From Candidatus Kuenenbacteria bacterium CG_4_8_14_3_um_filter_39_15 (GTDB taxonomy: Bacteria; Patescibacteriota; Patescibacteriia; UBA2196; GWA2-42-15), in the NCBI GenBank assembly GCA_002782365.1, contig PFHP01000034.1, forward strand, positions 392 to 24,697: a stretch of DNA of 24,306 nt, in the 5' to 3' direction. Positions 1 through 7,783 of the stretch are shown here, one piece after another (within the stretch, counting starts at the first letter, position 1; each line of letters opens with the position of its first letter). A model generated the notes under the pieces. It did no database searches. It was not told where the DNA came from and was given only the letters and a program-made list of their open reading frames with translations. Both the position numbers and the translations under genes were made by a program.

Positions 1-418
1 GGATTATCGTCCAAAAGATCATTATGCTTTTAGTCTGACAATTAATAATTTTTTGCTTAAGGAAGCTAAAATACTATCAGATATGTTGCTGAAAAATTTT
101 GGCATTATCTCATCCATCCAAAATCCTCTATGCAGAGGCAAAAGATATCCAATGCTATACATTGGAAAAAATGGAAGAGATAAATTCTTAAAAATAGTTA
201 AGCCCTATATCATTGATTGTTTTTCTCATAAATTACCTCCCATATTATAATTAACCCCTCAGAGACTTATCCCGTCCTCATCTGCCACTGGCAGATTCGA
301 ACTGCGGGATTAATAATGAATACCTGATAATCAGGAAAATAAAATCATTATTTACGCCGAGCCCCTGAAAATCTATCAGGGTGATGATATAGTCCAATTC
401 AATTAATTTATTTAATTG
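1..418 (+). mobile_element. Group I intron (5' part outside window) in 16S rRNA at E. coli position 516/517
   Basis: P7 5' strand/R element CAGAGACT at 260-267, S element GATATAGTCC at 386-395, P8 stem CCCTGA(363-368)/TCAGGG(376-381), short AT-rich P9. Terminal G at 418 is followed directly by GCCAGCAG...GCGGTAATAC (16S G517 onward). About 85 nt of extra helices between P7 and P3' suggests a subgroup IA-like fold (inference). Confidence 0.88.
2..250 (+). CDS. Intron-encoded LAGLIDADG homing endonuclease, C-terminal part (5' truncated by window)
   Basis: Frame open from nt 2: DYRPKDHYAFSLTINNFLLKEAKILSDMLLKNFGIISSIQ...RYPMLYIGKNGRDKFLKIVKPYIIDCFSHKL. This matches the C-terminal pattern of LAGLIDADG_2 (I-SceI-like) enzymes. 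It lies just upstream of the intron P7 strand. The LAGLIDADG motif itself is outside the window. Confidence 0.8.
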   Translation, partial: DYRPKDHYAFSLTINNFLLKEAKILSDMLLKNFGIISSIQNPLCRGKRYPMLYIGKNGRDKFLKIVKPYIIDCFSHKLPPIL

Positions 419-1424
<1,006 letters not shown>

Positions 1425-1436
1425 CTAAGGAGAGTA

Positions 1437-1544
1437 TCCGCCGATGAGGCGGAAATTCTTAAACTCCGATGTAAAATCGGAGAATGTCGAACCCCGAGGT
1501 AAAGTCGGGGAGCGAGAATGCAAATCCCCGACTTTACGTCGGGG
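1437..1544. repeat. Cluster of four short GC-rich palindromes (REP-like), three sharing a GTAAA loop
   Basis: TCCGCC-gatga-GGCGGA 1437-1453; CTCCGAT-GTAAA-ATCGGAG 1464-1482; CCCCGAG-GTAAA-GTCGGGG 1492-1510; CCCCGAC-TTTAC-GTCGGGG 1526-1544, which is an inverted copy of the previous one with 1 mismatch. Confidence 0.85.
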
Positions 1545-1582
1545 TATAGACGTTATAACTATTAAGATGTTAAAAAAATATT

Positions 1583-1900
1583 ATGCTGATGGTTAGACTT
1601 TCCCGCGTAGGGGAAAAAAAATATGCCACCTATAAAATAGTCATTCAGGAAAAATCCAAAGATCCTTGGGATAAGGCTTTGGAGTATTTAGGTACTTATA
1701 ATCCCCATACCAAAGAATTAAAGGTAAAAAAAGATAGAATTGAATATTGGTTGTCAGTCGGCGCTCAAGTGTCGGCTACGGTAAATAATCTTTTAATTAA
1801 AAATAAGATTATCAAGGGCGAGAAAATGAAAGCGGCCAAACTTAACAAGAAGAAAAATGGCGAGGGGGAAAAAGCGAGGAAAAGAAGAAAGAAGCGATAG
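1583..1900 (+). CDS. rpsP: 30S ribosomal protein S16
   Basis: VRLSRVGEKKYATYKIVI...EYLGTYNP...RIEYWLSVGAQVSATVNNLL, the typical S16 signature. Confidence 0.95.
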   Translation: MLMVRLSRVGEKKYATYKIVIQEKSKDPWDKALEYLGTYNPHTKELKVKKDRIEYWLSVGAQVSATVNNLLIKNKIIKGEKMKAAKLNKKKNGEGEKARKRRKKR

Positions 1901-1956
1901 CCCCTAAGGAAGAAGTTAAGTCTAACCCTGAAGAAATTAAAAAAACATAACAATTT

Positions 1957-1980
1957 AAACCCCACAAATGAGTGGGGTTT
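1957..1980 (+). terminator. Rho-independent terminator after rpsP
   Basis: 9-bp stem AAACCCCAC/GTGGGGTTT with a 6-nt loop, followed by a T-rich tract. Confidence 0.7.
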
Positions 1981-1985
1981 TAAAT

Positions 1986-2014
1986 TTGCTTTTTTCTTTT
2001 AATCTTGGCATAAT
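1986..2014 (+). promoter_or_regulatory. Sigma70-type promoter for valS (extended -10), probably leaderless
   Basis: TTGCTT(1986-1991)-N17-CATAAT(2009-2014) with TG at 2006-2007; ATG at 2022. Confidence 0.6.
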
Positions 2015-2021
2015 GAAAGAT

Positions 2022-4571
2022 ATGGAATTGCCAAAGGCATACATTCCAAAAGAATACGAAGATAAAATTTATAAAAAATGGGAAAATTCCGGATATTGCA
2101 ACCCGGACAATTTAGAAACGCGCGGCCAAGCGCGGTCTTTTACTATTTCCATGCCGCCGCCCAATGCGACCGGTGTGCTGCACATTGGTCATACATTGGG
2201 TATGACGATCCAAGACATTATGACCAGATACCATCGGATGCGGGGGGATAAAACACTGCTCTTGCCCGGCACTGATCACGCGGCTATTGCCACACAAAAT
2301 GTGGTGGAAAAAATGCTAAGAAAAGAAGGGACTTCAAGACATAGATTAGGCAGAAAAAAATTTTTAGAGCTGACAGAAAATTATGTAGAAAAAAATAAGT
2401 CAACCATAAATAACCAAACGAAAAAAATGGGCGCCAGTTGCGATTGGTCAAGAGAGGCTTATACTTTAAGCGACAAACTTTCGCGCGTGGTGTCAATGCA
2501 ATTTAAACAAATGTATGATGATGACTTGATTTATCGGGGGACAAGAATTGTTAATTGGTGCCCGAGATGCTGCTCAACCCTGGCTGATGACGAGGTGGAA
2601 TATAAAGAACAATCAGCGAAATTATATACTTTTAAATATTCAAATGATTTCCCCCTGGCCATTGCCACCACCAGACCGGAAACTAAACTGGGCGATACCG
2701 CGGTGGCAGTTAATCCTCATGACAAAAGATATCAAAAATACATTGGCAAAACATACCAGGTTGATTTTGTGGGAGTGCCTTTAAAACTAAAAATAATTGC
2801 TGAAAATGAGGTCAATCCTGAATTCGGCACGGGAGCAGCCGGGGTAACTCCGGCTCATTCTTTTGCGGATTCACTCATGGCTGAAAAAAATAATTTGGCA
2901 GTTAAAAAAGTAATCGGCCAGGATGGCAAAATTCTAGCCGGGTTTGGTAAATATTCTAATTTGAAAACAAAAGAGGCGCGGGAAAAAATTGTTGAAGAAT
3001 TAGAAAATGACGGGCTTTTAGAAAGCCAGAATGACATTAAAAATAATTTATCAATCTGTTATCGCTGTCACACAGAAATTGAACCGCTCCCCTCTTTGCA
3101 ATGGTTTGTGGCGGTCAATAAAGAATTTACCTTAAAAAATCCTGCTTTAATTAAAAAATACGGCAAAAAAGAAACAACCTTAAAAGAAATCTCGCTTTGG
3201 GCTGTCAAATCAGGCGAGATAAAAATAATCCCTGAATATTTTGCAAAAACATATTTTCATTGGATGGAAAATCTGCGTGACTGGTGTATCTCAAGACAGC
3301 TTTGGTTCGGGCATAGAATACCTGTTTACTATCGTAAACAGGCAATTTCCAATTTCCAATTTCCAATTTCCAAACAAATTCAAAATTCAATCCCCGACCG
3401 GATCGGGGACAAAATTCAAAATTCTATGGACGATATTTATGTCGGGGTAACCCCCAAAAAAGGTGGGGGCTGGGTGCAAGACGAAGATACATTGGACACT
3501 TGGTTCTCGTCTGCGCTGTGGACATGGTCAACACTGCTTGAGAAAAAAAATTTTGAAAAATTTAATGATCTTAAAGAGTGGCTAAAAAATAGTCCGGACA
3601 TAAAAAAATTCCATCCGACCAGCGTGATGGAAACAATGCACGATATTTTGTTTTTTTGGGTAGCGAGAATGATTATAATGACCCTCTATTCTTTAAATGA
3701 AGTGCCTTTTAAAACGGTTTATCTACATGGCATGGTGTGTGATAAACACGGTAAAAAAATGAGTAAATCGCATCCAGAAACATGCATTGAGCCCATTGAA
3801 ATGTCCCAAAAGTACGGCACTGATGCCTTGCGACTTTCTATGGTCTTGGGCAATGCGGCTGGTAACAGCCTGCGGCTGTCTGAACAAAAAATTGCCGGCT
3901 TTAGAAATTTTACTAACAAGCTGTGGAATATCGGCAGATTTATCCAAATGAAAATAAAAGATATTAAAGATATTGGGGATATTAAAGATATTCAATTAGA
4001 AACCTTGGCTGATAAGTGGATAATTAGTAAATTAAACAGCCTAATTAGGGAAGTGGCTGATGATCTTGAAAATTTTAGATTTGGTTTGGCCGGAGAAAAA
4101 TTATATGATTTTACCTGGCACGAATTTGCCGACTGGTATGTAGAAATAGCCAAGATACAAAATAATAAAAATACCTATTTACTAATTACTAATTACTATT
4201 TACTTCTTTTAAAATTATTGCATCCTTTTGCTCCCTTTGTGACTGAAAAAATCTGGGAGTATTTCGGCAGCGGCGATTTATTAATAATTGAAAAATGGCC
4301 TGAAGCGGATGAGAAAAAAATAACTGACCAAGCAGAGCAAGATTTTAAACTGATAAAAGAATTAATCAGCGCCATCCGCTCTTGGCGCAAAGAGAAAGCG
4401 GTTCAACCCAAGGAGATTATAAAAATCAAAGTCGCCGGCAGAGAAGAATTAATTAAAAACCAAAAAGAAGTTATTAATAGATTGGGGCGGGTTGAGACAG
4501 AAGAAGTTAAAAATATAGATAAAGGTGACTTGGAGATTGGGGGAGTAAAAATAAAATTTGGTAATTTGTGA
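2022..4571 (+). CDS. valS: Valyl-tRNA synthetase (start probably 2022 MELPKAY; ORF-track start at 1968 overlaps the terminator and promoter)
   Basis: PPPNATGVLHIGH (HIGH), PGTDHAAIATQ, CP1 editing domain ATTRPET...GTGAAGVTPAH, WCISRQLWFGHRIP, DTLDTWFSS, KMSKS, LLHPFAPFVTE. Confidence 0.98.
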   Translation: MELPKAYIPKEYEDKIYKKWENSGYCNPDNLETRGQARSFTISMPPPNATGVLHIGHTLGMTIQDIMTRYHRMRGDKTLLLPGTDHAAIATQNVVEKMLRKEGTSRHRLGRKKFLELTENYVEKNKSTINNQTKKMGASCDWSREAYTLSDKLSRVVSMQFKQMYDDDLIYRGTRIVNWCPRCCSTLADDEVEYKEQSAKLYTFKYSNDFPLAIATTRPETKLGDTAVAVNPHDKRYQKYIGKTYQVDFVGVPLKLKIIAENEVNPEFGTGAAGVTPAHSFADSLMAEKNNLAVKKVIGQDGKILAGFGKYSNLKTKEAREKIVEELENDGLLESQNDIKNNLSICYRCHTEIEPLPSLQWFVAVNKEFTLKNPALIKKYGKKETTLKEISLWAVKSGEIKIIPEYFAKTYFHWMENLRDWCISRQLWFGHRIPVYYRKQAISNFQFPISKQIQNSIPDRIGDKIQNSMDDIYVGVTPKKGGGWVQDEDTLDTWFSSALWTWSTLLEKKNFEKFNDLKEWLKNSPDIKKFHPTSVMETMHDILFFWVARMIIMTLYSLNEVPFKTVYLHGMVCDKHGKKMSKSHPETCIEPIEMSQKYGTDALRLSMVLGNAAGNSLRLSEQKIAGFRNFTNKLWNIGRFIQMKIKDIKDIGDIKDIQLETLADKWIISKLNSLIREVADDLENFRFGLAGEKLYDFTWHEFADWYVEIAKIQNNKNTYLLITNYYLLLLKLLHPFAPFVTEKIWEYFGSGDLLIIEKWPEADEKKITDQAEQDFKLIKELISAIRSWRKEKAVQPKEIIKIKVAGREELIKNQKEVINRLGRVETEEVKNIDKGDLEIGGVKIKFGNL
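3343..3423 (+). repeat. In-frame 7-mer tandem repeat plus palindrome module inside valS
   Basis: CAATTTC x4 perfect (3343-3370), degenerate CAAAATT units, TCCCCGA-ccgga-TCGGGGA (3391-3409), then CAAAATT x2 (3410-3423). Encodes AISNFQFPISKQIQNSIPDRIGDKIQNS. Confidence 0.92.
3957..3992 (+). repeat. 9-mer tandem repeat inside valS
   Basis: AAAGATATT, AAAGATATT, GGGGATATT, AAAGATATT = KDIKDIGDIKDI. Confidence 0.88.
4179..4206 (+). repeat. 7-mer tandem repeat inside valS
   Basis: TTACTAA, TTACTAA, TTACTAT, TTACTTC = LLITNYYLL. Confidence 0.85.
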
Positions 4572-4588
4572 CGAGTAATGGATAACTA

Positions 4589-4622
4589 TTAAAAAACGAG
4601 CATTTTTATGTCCGTTTTTTAA
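4589..4622. terminator. Bidirectional terminator between convergent valS and ORF 4635-5276
   Basis: TTAAAAAACG-AGCAT-tttt-ATG-TC-CGTTTTTTAA, an imperfect stem with A/T tracts on both sides, between two stop codons. Confidence 0.65.
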
Positions 4623-4634
4623 TGTTTAACTTTA

Positions 4635-5276
4635 TTAATTCATCAAATGGTTTCTTTTTAATTCTTTCAATAATAACTTATCCAACAATAATGTTGGTTG
4701 CCCAGTTTTAGGATGATAAAATATATCTATTTCGTCAGAATAATTTAAATCTAAAATCGCTTTAGATCCTTTCATAATCATACCCATACTAACACCAGGG
4801 GCCCTTCTTCTGTCAGAGTCGCGAGTAGTTTTTATCTGTAAACAGATTTCTTCTGTTGTATCAGGATTTATAAGTAAATCACATCCTTCACGAACGTCTC
4901 GTACTGGATTAGCATGACAGGAATTTATAAGCCTACTTAAGGATGCTTCTGCAGCTACTTCAGCCAGAACACCTACACGAAGATTTTCAGCATCAGTCTG
5001 CCTTTTAAAATAATGCGATTGAACACCAGCCTCTTCTAATTGCCTCCATAAAGAAGCGCACGTTTGTTCTGGGTCATCAGAAAAATTATTAATGTTTTTA
5101 ATAAGGGTACCTAAATTTCCATTGAAAGTGGCCCGCCGCAATGAATTCTCTCCTTGTGTTGTATCAAACTGCCTTTCACCTGCTATTTTTTGCATTTCAT
5201 TTAATACTTTTCCAACCTCGAGATTAAGATCAATCTTTTTTCTAATTTCTCTTTTAACAATAGATAATTCATTCAT
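4635..5276 (-). CDS. Hypothetical protein with a putative PD-(D/E)xK restriction-endonuclease-like fold
   Basis: 213-aa ORF filling the gap between genes. Motif order GVLAEVAAEASL ... DVREGCDLLIN ... ICLQIKT fits the E / D / QxK catalytic pattern (inference). Confidence 0.55.
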   Translation of the reverse strand: MNELSIVKREIRKKIDLNLEVGKVLNEMQKIAGERQFDTTQGENSLRRATFNGNLGTLIKNINNFSDDPEQTCASLWRQLEEAGVQSHYFKRQTDAENLRVGVLAEVAAEASLSRLINSCHANPVRDVREGCDLLINPDTTEEICLQIKTTRDSDRRRAPGVSMGMIMKGSKAILDLNYSDEIDIFYHPKTGQPTLLLDKLLLKELKRNHLMN

Positions 5277-5301
5277 AAAATATAATAATATAAATTAGCA
5301 T

Positions 5302-6825
5302 TTATTCCACTTTTGCCCTGTATTGCAGAGCTTCCGCGACATGTTCTATTTTTATCTGCGTTTCACCGGCTAAGTCGGCAATAGTTCTGGCTAATTTTAT
5401 TATACGATAATACCCTCTGGCTGACAAGTGGAGCTGGCTAACGGCATTTTTGAGAAGTTCTTGAGTGCTAGAATTCAGCTCGCAAATTCTTCTCACCATT
5501 TCACTGGACATCTGGCTGTTAGTAAAAATTTTTTGGGTTTTAAATCTCTCAATCTGCCTGGCACGAGCGGCATTGACGCGCAGACGAATGTCAGCTGATG
5601 ATTCGCCTGTTTTAATACCGGCCAATTTATCCACCTCAACCGCAGGAACTTCAATATGAATATCAATCCTATCCATCATCGGCCCGGAAATCCTATTTTG
5701 ATAATTCAAGACTTGGTTTTGAGTACAAATACAATTTTTATAGGGATCGGCATAGTGGCCGCAAGGACAGGGATTCATCGCCGCCAACAGAATAAATTTG
5801 GCTGGGAATTCAAGCGTGCCTGAAGCGCGGGAGATATGGATAACCCCATCTTCCAATGGCTGACGAAGATTATTTAGAACCGCACGGGGAAATTCCGGGA
5901 ATTCATCCAGAAATAATACACCGTGATGGGCTAATGAAATTTCACCGGGACGCGGCCAGCTGCCGCCGCCGACAAGAGAAATGGCTGAAGCAGTATGATG
6001 AGGCGAACGGAAAGGACGGCTAGTAATCAAAGGCTGGCCGCTGGGCAACAGCCCGGCGACTGAATAAATTTTAGTCACTTCCAACGACTCATCTAAAACC
6101 ATTTCAGGTAAAATTGAAGGCATTGTCCGGGCAAGCAAAGTTTTGCCGCTGCCAGGGGGGCCTGACATGAGAATATTATGACCGCCGGCAGCAGCAATTT
6201 CAAGTGCCCGCTTGACCTGCTCCTGGCCTCTAATGTGGGCCATATTAAACTGGTAAATATTTTCACCCTCAAGACTTACTTTTTCTTTTGGCTGGTATGG
6301 CTCAATTAATAACTCGCCGGTAAGATGTTTGATTAGTTGGCTTAAATTTCCTACCGGATAAATTTCAATAGCTTCTATTAGACCTGCTTCAGCCGCATTC
6401 TCTACCGGCAAAAACAACCTTTTAATGCCTCGTTCACGGACCATCAGGGCAACAGAAAGTGTGCCGTTCACTGCCCGCAAATGGCCATCAAGCGCCAGCT
6501 CACCAATAAAAACTCCTGTTTGATATGAATCAGAAAACTTAAATTGTTTGTAGGCAGAAAGTATAGAAAGGGCGATAGGCAGGTCATACGACGGACCTTG
6601 TTTTTTTAGGTCAGCCGGGGCTAAATTAACATTAATTGTCCCTCGCGGCAGCGCCAAGGCAGAATTTTTAATGGCACTCTTAACGCGATATTTAGATTCC
6701 TGGACGGCATTATCAGGCAGGCCAACAATATTGAATCTGGCCAAGCCCGACATAATATCAGCCTCTACTTCAACCGGCTGACAGTTAAGGCCGATAACCG
6801 CAGCTGAAAGAATTTTTGACGACAT
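5302..6825 (-). CDS. comM: YifB/ComM family Mg-chelatase-like AAA+ ATPase (DNA branch-migration helicase)
   Basis: IVGLPDNAVQES, INVNLAPADLKKQGPSYDLPIAL, GHNILMSGPPGSGKT, RPFRSPHHTAS, PGEISLAHHGVLFLDEFPEF, AAMNPCPCG, SARGYYRIIKLARTIADL. Confidence 0.93.
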   Translation of the reverse strand: MSSKILSAAVIGLNCQPVEVEADIMSGLARFNIVGLPDNAVQESKYRVKSAIKNSALALPRGTINVNLAPADLKKQGPSYDLPIALSILSAYKQFKFSDSYQTGVFIGELALDGHLRAVNGTLSVALMVRERGIKRLFLPVENAAEAGLIEAIEIYPVGNLSQLIKHLTGELLIEPYQPKEKVSLEGENIYQFNMAHIRGQEQVKRALEIAAAGGHNILMSGPPGSGKTLLARTMPSILPEMVLDESLEVTKIYSVAGLLPSGQPLITSRPFRSPHHTASAISLVGGGSWPRPGEISLAHHGVLFLDEFPEFPRAVLNNLRQPLEDGVIHISRASGTLEFPAKFILLAAMNPCPCGHYADPYKNCICTQNQVLNYQNRISGPMMDRIDIHIEVPAVEVDKLAGIKTGESSADIRLRVNAARARQIERFKTQKIFTNSQMSSEMVRRICELNSSTQELLKNAVSQLHLSARGYYRIIKLARTIADLAGETQIKIEHVAEALQYRAKVE

Positions 6826-7246
6826 CTATATAAATTATTATTAATATTCCTCCTACTATCATCATATCAGCTAAATTAAAGACTGGCCAAATGTGAAGAT
6901 TGATGTAGTCAATGACAAAACCAAATTTAATACGGTCAATAATATTACTGCCTGCGCCGAGAATAACAAGCAATGTTAAACTCGCTGCCAGGTGTTTGCC
7001 GCCAGTCCATAATTTTATAAACCAAATAATCAAGGCAAGAATAATTAGGGCAATAATAAAATAGAAAATAATTAAAAAAGATTCTGAGAAATTAATGCCA
7101 AAAGCTATGCCGTCATTTTTCGCATTAGTCAGAAAAAAAGAATCTTTTATAACTTGATGAAAAAATAAATATTTTAATATTCTATCTATCATAAAAAAAA
7201 TCAACCCGAAAACAATAATTATCAATGGTTGATTTTTGTGTGGCAT
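6785..7246 (-). CDS. lspA: Lipoprotein signal peptidase (signal peptidase II)
   Basis: N-GIAFG, GAGSNIIDRIKFGFVIDYI and WPVFNLAD (both catalytic Asp present); hydrophobic segments. Confidence 0.9.
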   Translation of the reverse strand: MPHKNQPLIIIVFGLIFFMIDRILKYLFFHQVIKDSFFLTNAKNDGIAFGINFSESFLIIFYFIIALIILALIIWFIKLWTGGKHLAASLTLLVILGAGSNIIDRIKFGFVIDYINLHIWPVFNLADMMIVGGILIIIYIDVVKNSFSCGYRP

Positions 7247-7264
7247 AAGATGGTGACAAATTAA

Positions 7265-7633
7265 TCAACTTTTACCAGAAAATTTGTTCTTACACTCAAT
7301 ACAGGCGGAAGAGGTGGGACGAATCTCAAGACGATTTTTACTAATATCTTTTTGACAATATTTGCAAACTCCATAAGTGCCGTCTTTAATTCTTTTAAGG
7401 GTATCGTTAATGTCACGTAATTCTTTTTCCAAAGTATTTTTGACTGACACGGCATTGTCAAAACTGGCGACCTCTGACGCATTTTCGCCTGTGTGATCAC
7501 CATACTCTGGAAAAATAGTTTCATTGATTTTACCTTTCTTAAAAGTTAAATCAGCCAACTCTTGTTCAAGACGGTTTTTCTCGCTTTCTAATTTCTCTTT
7601 GATTTTTTTTAGAAAATCCTTATTTAATGCCAT
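7265..7633 (-). CDS. TraR/DksA family C4 zinc-finger protein
   Basis: Coiled-coil N-terminal region, then ALKRI-like TLKRIKDGTYGVCKYC...RLEIRPTSSACIEC. Confidence 0.9.
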   Translation of the reverse strand: MALNKDFLKKIKEKLESEKNRLEQELADLTFKKGKINETIFPEYGDHTGENASEVASFDNAVSVKNTLEKELRDINDTLKRIKDGTYGVCKYCQKDISKNRLEIRPTSSACIECKNKFSGKS

Positions 7634-7739
7634 AAATTTTTAGTTTATTCTACAAAATCAGATAAAGCTTAAAGTTAAAAAAATAAAGATATTGTCACTA
7701 ATTTTAATACTTATACTATAGCAATTTTAGTCAAATAAT

Positions 7740-7783
7740 TCAAGTAAAATGTAAAATTTTACATTCAGTAAAATTTTACTTGA
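7740..7783. repeat. Nested GTAAAAT/ATTTTAC palindromes at the 3' end of glgA
   Basis: 18-bp perfect palindrome 7748-7765, 14-bp perfect palindrome 7767-7780, outer 11-bp inverted repeat 7740-7750/7773-7783. Confidence 0.7.

Noticed and set aside
1464-1544. Mini CRISPR array
   Set aside because: Units are ~19 bp, one is inverted, gaps are 9-15 nt, and there are no cas genes.
1951-2021. T-box leader for valS, and the ORF-track start at 1968
   Set aside because: Only ~70 nt are available and are occupied by a terminator and promoter; no T-box motif. Homology begins at MELPKAY.
2112-4390. Short antisense and alternate-frame ORFs inside valS (and similar ones inside comM, glgA and the GT genes)
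   Set aside because: Shadow ORFs with no recognisable motifs, overlapping well-supported genes.
4569-4571. UGA recoding (genetic code 25, as in Gracilibacteria/Absconditabacteria)
   Set aside because: Long genes translate intact under code 11 and TGA ends valS and glgA at sensible positions.
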